DNA of 64,000 bases from Eubacteriales bacterium (GTDB lineage Bacteria; Bacillota; Clostridia; Oscillospirales; CAG-272): the NCBI GenBank assembly GCA_045541375.1, contig JAZQJB010000087.1:6327-70326 (forward strand), in the 5' to 3' direction. Shown piece by piece: positions 25,837 to 35,237 of this stretch. Numbering within the stretch: position 1 is the first letter of the stretch; each line of letters starts with the position of its first letter. Below the pieces are notes generated by a model that was given only the letters and a program-made list of their open reading frames with translations, was not told the DNA's origin and did not search any database. Made by a program: the position numbers and the translations under genes.

Positions 25837-26938
25837 TCACAAGACTCATAAAGAACCGCTTGTGTATATCACCAAGCGCGGCGAGCTTCCAAAGCTCAAG
25901 CAGATGCTCATCAAGGCGATCGTTATTCTCGTCGGCATCCTTTTCTGTGCGCTTGTAACCATCCTTATCACGGGCGAAAACCCCCTCAAGGTCTTCAGAG
26001 CAATGATCGTCGGCAGCTTCGGTACTCCCAGAAAGATCTGGAACCTGTTGCAGGCAACGGCGATCCTTCTCGGTATCTCTCTTGCCGTAACCCCCGCATT
26101 CAAAATGCGTTTCTGGAATACGGGCGCCGAGGGCCAGGTGCTTATCGGTATGCTTGCAAGCATCACCTGTATGATCTATATCGGCGACTCTCTTCCTTCG
26201 TGGCTTCTTATCCTTATTTCCTTTTTCGCCAGCCTTGTGGCAGGTGCTGTCTGGGCAGGCATTCCCGGATTCTTCAAGGCGATCTGGAATACCAATGAGA
26301 CCCTCTTCACACTTATGATGAACTACGTTGCGGCACAGCTCGTTTCGCTTCTCATTATGTATTGGGTACCCAGCGGATCGATGGTTCTCGGACTTGTCAA
26401 CTCCGATGGGCAGAACGGTTGGTTCCCCTCGATATTCGGTCAGAAGTATCTGCTCAATATCCTCATAGTTGCGGTTCTGACAGTAGCGGTTTACATCTAC
26501 CTTACAAAGAGTAAGCAAGGCTACGAGATCGCGGTCGTCGGCGAAAGCGAAAACACCGCAAGATACATTGGTATCAACGTAAAGAAGGTCATCATCCGCA
26601 CAGTCCTCATTTCGGGCGCGCTCTGCGGCATTATGGGTTGGATCCTTGCTGCAGGTACCGACCACTCCATCACTTCCTCAGCAGTCGGAGGCAACGGCTT
26701 CACAGCGATCATGGTATCCTGGATGTCGAAATTCAATCCCATCACAATGATCTTTTCCTCGCTCCTCGTTTGCTTCCTGCAGAAGGGCGCGGGCGAGATC
26801 GCATCGAATCTCGGTCTTAACTCGAGCGTTGGTGAAGTCCTGACCGGAATTATGATCCTCTTTATCATCAGCAGCGATTTCTTTGTAAATTATCAGATCC
26901 ACTTCCGCAAGAATGAAAGAAAGGAGAAGGACGCATAA
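25826..26938 (+). CDS. Nucleoside ABC transporter permease
   Basis: WNTGAEGQ, NETLFTLMMNY, GYEIAVVGE; multi-TM. Confidence 0.9.
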   Translation: MQNNHKTHKEPLVYITKRGELPKLKQMLIKAIVILVGILFCALVTILITGENPLKVFRAMIVGSFGTPRKIWNLLQATAILLGISLAVTPAFKMRFWNTGAEGQVLIGMLASITCMIYIGDSLPSWLLILISFFASLVAGAVWAGIPGFFKAIWNTNETLFTLMMNYVAAQLVSLLIMYWVPSGSMVLGLVNSDGQNGWFPSIFGQKYLLNILIVAVLTVAVYIYLTKSKQGYEIAVVGESENTARYIGINVKKVIIRTVLISGALCGIMGWILAAGTDHSITSSAVGGNGFTAIMVSWMSKFNPITMIFSSLLVCFLQKGAGEIASNLGLNSSVGEVLTGIMILFIISSDFFVNYQIHFRKNERKEKDA

Positions 26939-27930
26939 TGGGATTTTTTGCAAAAATAATGGCGTTTATCGCCGCAGCGATCATTCAGGGCACCCCTCTT
27001 CTTTTCGGAGCTACGGGTGAGATCATAACCGAGAAGAGCGGTAACCTCAACCTCGGTATTCCCGGTATAATGTATATAGGCGGTATCTCCGGAATCATCG
27101 GCGGATATCTTTACGAGCACTTCTGCGCCGAGCCCGTTCCGATCCTTTGCGTTCTCATTTCTCTGCTTGCATCGGTCATTGGCTCAACGTTTATCGCTTT
27201 TATTTACAGCTTCCTCACCATCACCCTCAAGGCAAATCAGAACGTCGTCGGTCTTGCGCTGACCACACTCGGTGTCGGTCTCGGTAACTTCTACGGCGGC
27301 TCGCTCCTCAAATTCTTCGGTGAAAGCGGCTCTATCTCGCTCTTTATCACGGGTAACGCTTATAAGACGAAGATCCCCTTCCTTTCCGATCATCTCGGAA
27401 TCGTGGGCGAAACCTTCTTCTCATTCGGTTTCCTTGTATATCTCGCAATCATCATCGCAATTCTTTCGCAGTGGTTCATCAACCGCACACGCGTAGGCCT
27501 TAACCTCCGCGCGGTCGGTGAAAACCCCGCAACCGCAGATGCTGCGGGCATCAACGTTTCACTTTACAAGTACGTTGCCACATGCGTTGGCGGTGCTATC
27601 GCGGGACTTGGCGGACTTTACTTCGTTATGGACTATACCACCGGCGCTTGGACCAACAATGGCTTTGGCGACCGCGGATGGCTTGCAATCGCAATCGTAA
27701 TCTTCGCGCTGTGGAAGCCGAGAAGCGCGATCTTCTCGTCCTACATCTTCGGCGGACTTTATATCGCCAGCGTATTCATCTCGGGACTTTCGGGCAGCAC
27801 CAAGGAGCTTATCAAGATGCTCCCCTATCTCGTAACCATCGCAGTTCTCGTCTTTACAAGCTCTCGTAAAAAGCGTGAGCACCAGCCTCCCGCAGCGCTC
27901 GGACAGTCTTATTTCAGAGAAGAAAGATAA
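26938..27930 (+). CDS. Nucleoside ABC transporter permease
   Basis: EKSGNLNLG, LRAVGENPATADAAGI, MLPY, PPAALG. Confidence 0.9.
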   Translation: MGFFAKIMAFIAAAIIQGTPLLFGATGEIITEKSGNLNLGIPGIMYIGGISGIIGGYLYEHFCAEPVPILCVLISLLASVIGSTFIAFIYSFLTITLKANQNVVGLALTTLGVGLGNFYGGSLLKFFGESGSISLFITGNAYKTKIPFLSDHLGIVGETFFSFGFLVYLAIIIAILSQWFINRTRVGLNLRAVGENPATADAAGINVSLYKYVATCVGGAIAGLGGLYFVMDYTTGAWTNNGFGDRGWLAIAIVIFALWKPRSAIFSSYIFGGLYIASVFISGLSGSTKELIKMLPYLVTIAVLVFTSSRKKREHQPPAALGQSYFREER

Positions 27931-27937
27931 ATTCTAA

Positions 27938-28660
27938 ATGGAAATATTCAGATTTGAAACAATAGACTCGACCTTCGTTGAAGCGGGCAGACGTATGCGC
28001 GAGCTTTCCGACGGCGCGTATCTGTTTACCTCACGGGAACAGACCGCAGGCAGAGGGCAAGGAACTCATACCTTCTATTCTCCAAGAGATAACGGTATTT
28101 ATGCTACGCTCCTTCTGGTAGGCGATTACGCCGACGTATGTATGCCTGCATTCTCATCCAAGCTCGGACCATTTGCAACGGTAACGATTACAAATGCCGT
28201 TCTTGATGCCTGCTCGGATTTCGATCAGCGACTCGGAATCAAGTGGCAAAACGACCTTCTTCTTGACGGAAAGAAGTATGGCGGTGTTATTACCGCAGTA
28301 ACGGTAAAGGAAGGCAAGCTCACAACGATCAGGATCGGTTTCGGGATCAACACGGGATATGCCGATATGCCCGACGAGCTTCGCGGCAGAGTGACCACTC
28401 TCGGACTTGACCCTGAGGATACCGAAAAGCTGATGATCGAGATCGCTGACAGGCTTTGCAACCACCTTCCCGAAGCCAAGCAAGAGGAGCTTTACAACGA
28501 ATACGTTAAGTATTGCACCACCCCGGGCAGAAATATCATGCTACCCGACGGCAGATGCGCCACGGCTATAAGCATTGCCTCTGATTTCTCGCTCATCTAT
28601 TCCGTCGAGGGCAAACGCCCCGAATTCACAAACACAACCGCGGGACTTATAATCCTATGA
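27938..28660 (+). CDS. birA: Biotin-protein ligase, group I (no HTH), divergent
   Basis: IDST, EQTAGRGQ...FYSP, IKWQNDL..GKKYGG, IGFGIN. Confidence 0.75.
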   Translation: MEIFRFETIDSTFVEAGRRMRELSDGAYLFTSREQTAGRGQGTHTFYSPRDNGIYATLLLVGDYADVCMPAFSSKLGPFATVTITNAVLDACSDFDQRLGIKWQNDLLLDGKKYGGVITAVTVKEGKLTTIRIGFGINTGYADMPDELRGRVTTLGLDPEDTEKLMIEIADRLCNHLPEAKQEELYNEYVKYCTTPGRNIMLPDGRCATAISIASDFSLIYSVEGKRPEFTNTTAGLIIL

Positions 28661-28663
28661 TAT

Positions 28664-28689
28664 AAAAGGGAGCTTTCGGGCTCCCTTTT
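28664..28689. terminator. Intrinsic terminator
   Basis: AAAAGGGAGC-tttcgg-GCTCCCTTTT. Confidence 0.7.
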
Positions 28690-28690
28690 C

Positions 28691-28717
28691 ACATTGAATG
28701 GAATTAATTCATATTAT
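28691..28717 (+). promoter_or_regulatory. Candidate sporulation sigma-K promoter
   Basis: AC-N17-CATATTAT matches the sigma-K consensus; spoVFAB is sigma-K-dependent in Bacillus. Confidence 0.55.
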
Positions 28718-28749
28718 GTAGTATAACTCTTATGATTGAGGACCTTAAT

Positions 28750-29649
28750 ATGGATAAAAATATAAAACTTGCACTACTCGGCGGCGATGCAAGGCAATGC
28801 TATCTTGCAAGAGAACTCGCCGCGCGCGGCTTTGAAACTGCCGTTTGGGGGCTCGGCAAAGAGTTTGATATCGACAAAGCCGTCAAATGCCGCGACGCCC
28901 GCAGCGCGATAGATTCAGCCTCCGCAGTCATTTTGCCCTTGCCCGCATCGCTTGACGGAATGACCGTTAATTGCAGCGACCCCGACTCCGACAAGCTCAA
29001 GCTTCTTACATTACTCGATTACATTGACGTACCAATCTTTGGCGGCAGACTCGGCGAGAGCTTCCGCCTTTCGGCATCCGCAAGAAAAAAGCACGTCATC
29101 GATTATTTTGAATCTGAAACGTTGCAGATAAAAAACGCCACCCCGACAGCAGAGGGAGCGATATATCTCGCAATGCAGAATATGAAGAAGACTCTTTTCG
29201 GCAGCCGCGTTGCTGTTGTGGGATATGGCAGAATCGGCAGAATGCTCTCCTGCCTTCTCGCAAAAATGGGCGCATCGGTTACGGTAGCCGCCCGAAATCT
29301 TCGCCAGCTTGCCGAGGCTTCTTCATTCGGAAACGATACAGTTCGCATTTCGTCATCCTACGCGCTCGGCGGTCTCGGACCTCTTTGTGAAGAAGGGGCT
29401 TTTGATGTAATATTCAATACCGTACCTGCCAGACTTTTCGATAAGGAAGTGATCGAGATGCTACCGAAAGATGTGTTGCTCATTGACCTCGCCTCCGTTC
29501 CCGGAGGAGTGGATTTTGCTGCATCCAAAGAGCGCGGAATAAATGCAATTTGGGCACTCTCGTTACCGGGAAAATACGCACCCGAAAGCGCGGGCAAGAT
29601 CATTGCCGACACGCTCGATGAACTCTTTGAAAGCGAGGGAATCGTATGA
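28750..29649 (+). CDS. dpsA: Dipicolinate synthase subunit A
   Basis: LGGDARQ, ILPLP, NATPTAEGAI, GYGRIG, DLASVPGGVDF, LSLPGK.APE.AG. Confidence 0.92.
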   Translation: MDKNIKLALLGGDARQCYLARELAARGFETAVWGLGKEFDIDKAVKCRDARSAIDSASAVILPLPASLDGMTVNCSDPDSDKLKLLTLLDYIDVPIFGGRLGESFRLSASARKKHVIDYFESETLQIKNATPTAEGAIYLAMQNMKKTLFGSRVAVVGYGRIGRMLSCLLAKMGASVTVAARNLRQLAEASSFGNDTVRISSSYALGGLGPLCEEGAFDVIFNTVPARLFDKEVIEMLPKDVLLIDLASVPGGVDFAASKERGINAIWALSLPGKYAPESAGKIIADTLDELFESEGIV

Positions 29650-30212
29650 AAATAGGTTTTTCTTTTTGCGGTTCCTTCTGCACCTTCGCGCCCGCCATCG
29701 AACAGCTTAAACGCCTTTCTGATTCGGGGCACGATATAGTTCCCATAATGAGCTTCAACGCATCTTCGATCGACACAAGATTCGGCAAAGCAAGAGAGCA
29801 TATCGAAAGAATTGAAGCGCTTTGCGGAAGAAAAGTCATAAAGACCATCGAGGACGCCGAACCGCTCGGACCCAAGGAAAAACTTGATATGCTCATCATC
29901 TGCCCCTGCACGGGCAACACGCTTGCAAAGCTCGCTCTCGGAGTTACAGATACGCCCGTCACAATGGCAGCCAAAGCGCACCTTCGCGGCGACCGACCGC
30001 TGCTGATCGCTCTTGCGACAAACGACGGACTTTCCGCAAATCTCTCCAATCTGAATGCTATGCAAAAGCGGAAGAGTGTGTATTTCGTGCCTCTGCGGCA
30101 AGACGACCCCGAGATGAAACCGCATTCCCTGGTTTGTGATTTTTCAAAGCTCGGAGAAGCATTTTATGCCGCCATCCGTCGCGAGCAGCTTCGCCCGCTG
30201 TTTCTTAATTGA
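29646..30212 (+). CDS. dpsB: Dipicolinate synthase subunit B
   Basis: CGSFCT, DTRFG, AEPLGP, PCTGNTLAKLA, QDDP..KP.SLV. Confidence 0.95.
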   Translation: MKIGFSFCGSFCTFAPAIEQLKRLSDSGHDIVPIMSFNASSIDTRFGKAREHIERIEALCGRKVIKTIEDAEPLGPKEKLDMLIICPCTGNTLAKLALGVTDTPVTMAAKAHLRGDRPLLIALATNDGLSANLSNLNAMQKRKSVYFVPLRQDDPEMKPHSLVCDFSKLGEAFYAAIRREQLRPLFLN

Positions 30213-30216
30213 TCCC

Positions 30217-30243
30217 ATCCTTCCCCTCGGGGAAGGATTTTTT
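30217..30243 (+). terminator. Intrinsic terminator
   Basis: ATCCTTCCCC-tc-GGGGAAGGAT followed by TTTTT. Confidence 0.7.
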
Positions 30244-30333
30244 ATATTATCTATTGAATTTTATTTCTCTTTGTGGTATAATTACTATGAATTATTATTG
30301 TTTGCGCACAAAATGCGCGAAAGTGAGGAAAAA

Positions 30334-31617
30334 ATGTCTGATTTCAAGATCGAAACAAAATGTATTCAGTCGGGTTACAATCCCGGAAACGGAGAACCCC
30401 GCGTTCTTCCCATATACCAGAGCACTACTTATAAGTATTGCTCCTCCGAAGAGGTAGGTGACCTCTTTGACCTCAAGGCAGACGGCCACATGTATTCCCG
30501 CATCTCCAACCCCACGGTTGCAGAGGTAGAGAAGAAGATCACAGACCTCGAGGGCGGCACAGGTGCCATTCTCACCTCGTCGGGTATGTCCGCGATCCTT
30601 CTTGCGGTTCTCAATATCACAAAGGCGGGACAGAACATCGTTTCTCTCTCCGCAATCTACGGCGGAACCGTCAATCTTTTTGCCGTAACCCTTAAGCGCT
30701 TCGGCATCGAGGTTCGCTTTGCAACTTCTGCAATGAGCGACGAGGAGATTGAATCCCTTATCGATGAAAACACCCGTATGCTCTTTGGCGAGACTATTGC
30801 AAATCCCGCGCTCGACGTACTTGACTTCGACCGCTTTGCCGCGCTCGCTCATAAGAACGGCATTCCCTTCGTCGTCGATAACACCTTCCCGACCCCCATC
30901 CTTTGCCGTCCCTTTGAGCACGGATGTGACATCATCGTTCACTCCACCACCAAGTATATGGACGGCCACGCTACCGTTGTCGGCGGTTGCGTAGTTGACG
31001 GTGGTAAGTTCGATTGGTCCGCAAACCCCGAAAAGTGGCCCGAGCTCAACGATCCCGATCCCTCCTACCACGGAGTTGCATACGTCAAGCAGTTCGGCAA
31101 TGACGTCGCATACATAACCAAGGCGCGCGTTCAGCTCGTCCGCGATATGGGTATCCCCATGACCGCAATGAGCGCATTCCTTCTCAACCTCGGACTCGAA
31201 ACCCTCCATCTCCGTATGGAAAGACATTGCTCGAACGCTCTTGCTGTGTCGAAGTATCTCTCCGCGCACGAGAAGGTCGAAAGCGTTTCCTATCCCGGAC
31301 TCGAGGGCGATCCTCAGTATGAGCTCGCACAGAAGTATCTTCCCGATGGTTGCGCAGGCGTTATCTCCTTCGTAATCAAGGGCGGCAGAGATGCAGCAGT
31401 TAAGTTTATGGATTCGCTCAAGCTCGCCGCAATCGTCGTTCACGTTGCAGACTCCCGCACAAGCGTGCTCAATCCCGCATCCACCACTCACCGCCAGCTC
31501 ACCGACGAACAGCTCGTTGCCGCAGGTATTCCCGCAGGTCTTGTCAGACTTTCCGTCGGCACGGAGCATATCGACGACATCATCGCCGATATCGAGCAGG
31601 CGCTTAAAAACGCTTAA
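30334..31617 (+). CDS. metY: O-acetylhomoserine aminocarboxypropyltransferase
   Basis: [34 protein letters not shown] (PLP Lys), [13 protein letters not shown]. Confidence 0.9.
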   Translation: MSDFKIETKCIQSGYNPGNGEPRVLPIYQSTTYKYCSSEEVGDLFDLKADGHMYSRISNPTVAEVEKKITDLEGGTGAILTSSGMSAILLAVLNITKAGQNIVSLSAIYGGTVNLFAVTLKRFGIEVRFATSAMSDEEIESLIDENTRMLFGETIANPALDVLDFDRFAALAHKNGIPFVVDNTFPTPILCRPFEHGCDIIVHSTTKYMDGHATVVGGCVVDGGKFDWSANPEKWPELNDPDPSYHGVAYVKQFGNDVAYITKARVQLVRDMGIPMTAMSAFLLNLGLETLHLRMERHCSNALAVSKYLSAHEKVESVSYPGLEGDPQYELAQKYLPDGCAGVISFVIKGGRDAAVKFMDSLKLAAIVVHVADSRTSVLNPASTTHRQLTDEQLVAAGIPAGLVRLSVGTEHIDDIIADIEQALKNA

Positions 31618-31631
31618 TCAAGGAGGCTCAA

Positions 31632-32549
31632 ATGCCTATTAAGATACCCAATCTTCTCCCCGCGACTCAGACTCTGCTTGACGAAAACAACTTCGTTATG
31701 ACAGAGACCCGCGCGATCACGCAGGACATCAGACCTCTGCATATCCTCATGCTCAACCTGATGCCGCAGAAGATCACCACGGAAACGCAGATCGCGCGCC
31801 TGATCGGCAATACACCGCTTCAGGTCGAGCTCGAGTTGCTCCAGACCGCAACCCACAAGGCGACCCACACGTCCGCCGAGCATATGCTCGCGTTCTACAA
31901 GACCTTTGACGAGGTCAAACACAAAAAATACGACGGAATGATCATCACCGGCGCACCCGTCGAGCAGATACCCTTCGAAGAAGTTACCTATTGGGATGAA
32001 CTCTGTGAGATCATGGAGTGGTCGAAAACAAACGTCACGTCCACCTTCCACATCTGTTGGGGCGCGCAGGCGGGGCTTGATTACCATTACGGAATCAAGA
32101 AATATCCGCTTGACTCAAAGCTTTTCGGCGTTTTTGAGCATACCGTAGACCGCCGTTCCTCGATGCTTTTCAGAGGCTTTGACGATAAGTTCTTCGTTCC
32201 TCATTCGCGCCACACCACCGTGCGCCTTGAGGACGTTGAGGCTTGCCCCGAGCTGAAGATCCTTTCAACCTCTCCCGTCGCGGGACTTTATGCCTGCGCA
32301 ACAGACCGAGGCAGACAGATATTCATCACGGGACATTCCGAATATGACGCCGGAACGCTTAGAGCGGAATATCTCCGCGATAAAAACGCGGGCCTCCCCA
32401 TCGAGATCCCCGTCAACTATTTCCCGAATGACGATGATACCCAGGAGCCCATCGTAACTTGGAGAAGTTGCGCAAATCTGCTTTATTCCAATTGGCTCAA
32501 CTATTTCGTATATCAGACCACACCTTACGACAGAGAACAGATTAATTGA
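31632..32549 (+). CDS. metA: Homoserine O-acyltransferase (MetA family, acetyl-specific signature)
   Basis: MPIKIP, LNLMP, TGAPVE (Glu = acetyl-CoA type), ICWGAQA, PHSRH, GHSEY, YQTTPY. Confidence 0.93.
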   Translation: MPIKIPNLLPATQTLLDENNFVMTETRAITQDIRPLHILMLNLMPQKITTETQIARLIGNTPLQVELELLQTATHKATHTSAEHMLAFYKTFDEVKHKKYDGMIITGAPVEQIPFEEVTYWDELCEIMEWSKTNVTSTFHICWGAQAGLDYHYGIKKYPLDSKLFGVFEHTVDRRSSMLFRGFDDKFFVPHSRHTTVRLEDVEACPELKILSTSPVAGLYACATDRGRQIFITGHSEYDAGTLRAEYLRDKNAGLPIEIPVNYFPNDDDTQEPIVTWRSCANLLYSNWLNYFVYQTTPYDREQIN

Positions 32550-32560
32550 GGAGTTAAGTT

Positions 32561-33367
32561 ATGAAACTTGCATCCGATTTCAGACAGTCCGCTCGCGATG
32601 CCCTCAAGGGTAAATGGGGACTTGCCGTTGTAACGGGCATTGTCGCAAGCATTCTCGGTGCATCAACACACGGCGGAGGCGGAGTCAGTTTTGACTTTTC
32701 CGGATTTAACAATTCCGATGTCGAAACCGAAATCAATATCCCGTCTGATTTTAATTTTGAGGAATTTCCCTCGCTCGAGGAGTTCTTCCCGAGTGTTGAA
32801 CCTGCTTTTTGGGCAATCTTTGGCACAATATTTGCCGTGGGTCTGGCAATGGGTCTTCTTTTGGGAGTTGCTTTCTTCATCCTCGGAAGCATCGTATCTC
32901 CCGGATATGCAAAATTCAATCTCAATCTGATCGACGGCGAAACTGCCGAGGTCAACGATCTTTTCAAGTATTTCAAAAATTGGAGCAATATGGTTCTTGC
33001 GAATCTTCTTCGCTCGCTTTACATATTCCTTTGGAGCCTTTTGTGCTTTATCCCCGGAATTATAGCTTCTTATACCTATGCCATGGTGCCGTACATTATG
33101 GCAGAGAATCCCGAACTCACCCCAAAGGAAGCCTGCGAGAGATCAAAGCAGCTCATGGACGGAAACAGACTGCGTCTTTTCTGCCTGACTTTCAGCTTCA
33201 TCGGCTGGTCGTTCCTTTGCGCTTTGACTTGCGGAATCGGATATATTGTTCTTACCCCTTATATCGAAGCAGCCGTTGCCGATTTCTACCGTGAGATATC
33301 GGATACCCGTCCCGTTCCCGAACCCGACGAAAGTATCCCCGTTTACATCCCCGAATCACATATTTAA
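32561..33367 (+). CDS. DUF975 family membrane protein
   Basis: AR.ALKGKWG, LWSLL..IPGII..Y.YAM, SKQLMDGN, PY...A...FY. Confidence 0.85.
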   Translation: MKLASDFRQSARDALKGKWGLAVVTGIVASILGASTHGGGGVSFDFSGFNNSDVETEINIPSDFNFEEFPSLEEFFPSVEPAFWAIFGTIFAVGLAMGLLLGVAFFILGSIVSPGYAKFNLNLIDGETAEVNDLFKYFKNWSNMVLANLLRSLYIFLWSLLCFIPGIIASYTYAMVPYIMAENPELTPKEACERSKQLMDGNRLRLFCLTFSFIGWSFLCALTCGIGYIVLTPYIEAAVADFYREISDTRPVPEPDESIPVYIPESHI

Positions 33368-33369
33368 TC

Positions 33370-33398
33370 AAAAAACTCGCCGAAAGGCGAGTTTTTTT
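33370..33398. terminator. Bidirectional intrinsic terminator
   Basis: AAAAAACTCGCC-gaaa-GGCGAGTTTTTT. Confidence 0.75.
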
Positions 33399-33906
33399 AC
33401 GGCATAAGAAAGATCCTTCGCCTGATAAGATCGCAGAATAGAAAAAGCGGCATCAAGGTAAGATAATGATAAACAAACAGCCCGGGCAATTCGGTTGCAT
33501 AGATAACGGATATCGGCAAAAAGGAAGAGAAGAGCCCGATGATCAAAGAGTAAACGCAAGCCGCAATTGCCGCAAAAGCAGATTTAAGCGCAAGATGAAA
33601 TCTGCGGTAGAAAATATTTTTCTCGAAAAAATATATCAAAAGAGAAAATATGACCGAGAAGATAAATTCATATATCAAGCTTGATCTCAAAACCGCATCG
33701 GGTAGCCATGAGTGCAAGGGCGTGTGAAAAAACGGATATGTGAAAGGGTACAAGGTCTCCGAAACGAAAACGCAGAGCTTGACGAATAAGATCGAGGTGA
33801 ACGTTCTGAACATACCTCCGAGTATCGCGACGGTCGCCGCTTCTCCGTAACGTGATGAAAGAAAAATCTTTATCGGTGATTCTTCGCGAGGTTTGATAAA
33901 CGGCAT
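33397..33906 (-). CDS. Hypothetical membrane protein
   Basis: AAGGAG RBS before MPFIKP; about four hydrophobic segments; ends at a terminator. Confidence 0.6.
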   Translation of the reverse strand: MPFIKPREESPIKIFLSSRYGEAATVAILGGMFRTFTSILFVKLCVFVSETLYPFTYPFFHTPLHSWLPDAVLRSSLIYEFIFSVIFSLLIYFFEKNIFYRRFHLALKSAFAAIAACVYSLIIGLFSSFLPISVIYATELPGLFVYHYLTLMPLFLFCDLIRRRIFLMP

Positions 33907-34043
33907 TTTTTGTGACTCCTTTGAGGTTTTATAGAAATTATTGACAAAAACATTATGATTAATGCCCGAAAAATGCAATTTGCCTATTGAAAAAACAATA
34001 AATATTTGATATAATAATATAATGTATAACTATGGAGGTGCGC

Positions 34044-35198
34044 ATGAAGATCTTATTTGAAAATTGTAAAGTGTTCGATAGCTCAAACAGAATATTCAAG
34101 CAAAGGTCGATACTTGTTTCGGACGGTATCATCCTTGATCTTTTGCGCCACACCGACCGCCGTCCCGATGTCGATTCGGTCATAGATTGCGGCGGCAGAC
34201 AGGTGATCCCGGGGCTTATCGATATCCACACCCACGGCAGAGCCGGCGCAGACTTCAACACCGCCGATGCCGATGATATGAGAAATATGGCGAAGTCCTA
34301 TTCCGAATACGGAGTCACCTCGGTTTTCCCCACACTCGCCTCTGCGGAGTTCGAAAGCCTTTGCAATCAGGCAGAGCTTATCGACAGCCTCAAGGGCGAC
34401 ACCGACGGCGCTGAATTTCTCGGCGTTCATCTTGAGGGCAGATATCTCAATCCTTCCAAGGGCGGCGCACATAATCCCGATCTTCTCGTTCTTCCGAATG
34501 CATCGGAGCTTGAAGAATTCGCGGGATGTTCAAAACTCCCTCTGCGCGTCAGCGCGGCTTATGAGCTCGAGGGCGGAGACGCATTTGCGGAAAAGGCAAA
34601 GGAGCTCGGCGCAACTCTTTCACTGGCTCATACAGCGGCTACTTACGGAGAGGCAAAAGAGATCTACCGCAAACATAAGGTGGCGTTCACGCATCTTTAT
34701 AACTGTATGCCTCCCATTCATCACCGCGACGGCGGCACAGTCCTCGCCGCGTTCGAATCGGGCGGCTTCTGCGAGCTGATCTGCGACGGTCATCACATAT
34801 CTCCCGAGATGGTTGCGTTCACCTACCGTATGATCGGTATGGACAGGCTTGTGCTTATCAGCGACTCAATGGAAGCAACCGCGCTTTCGGACGGTGAATA
34901 CAGCATCGCGGGACTCCCCGTTTACGTTAAGGACGGCGTTGCACGAACCGCAAGCGGCAACCTCGCGGGCAGCACACTCTCGCTTGTTCACGGCGTTGAA
35001 AATCTTGCAAAATTCGCAAATATCCCCATCGAGGATGCTCTTATCTGCGCCACACTAACTCCCGCCCGCGCTGTCGGACTTGAAAATAAAGTCGGAAAGC
35101 TTGCGGTCGGAAACCGCGCGGATTTCATAATCGGTTCGGTAAGCGGAAAGCATATCGAAGTCGAGCAGGTCTTCGTCGGCGGCGAAGAAGTATTTTAA
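34044..35198 (+). CDS. nagA: N-acetylglucosamine-6-phosphate deacetylase
   Basis: PGLIDIHTHG, HLEG, GAH, THLYN.M, CDGHH, LAGSTL. Confidence 0.9.
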   Translation: MKILFENCKVFDSSNRIFKQRSILVSDGIILDLLRHTDRRPDVDSVIDCGGRQVIPGLIDIHTHGRAGADFNTADADDMRNMAKSYSEYGVTSVFPTLASAEFESLCNQAELIDSLKGDTDGAEFLGVHLEGRYLNPSKGGAHNPDLLVLPNASELEEFAGCSKLPLRVSAAYELEGGDAFAEKAKELGATLSLAHTAATYGEAKEIYRKHKVAFTHLYNCMPPIHHRDGGTVLAAFESGGFCELICDGHHISPEMVAFTYRMIGMDRLVLISDSMEATALSDGEYSIAGLPVYVKDGVARTASGNLAGSTLSLVHGVENLAKFANIPIEDALICATLTPARAVGLENKVGKLAVGNRADFIIGSVSGKHIEVEQVFVGGEEVF

Positions 35199-35237
35199 TT
35201 CTAAATTTGTAAAATAACGAAAGGACGGTCAAAAGGA

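Noticed and set aside
30213-30333. SAM riboswitch upstream of metY
   Set aside because: Only a terminator and a promoter-like sequence; the S-box core motifs are absent.
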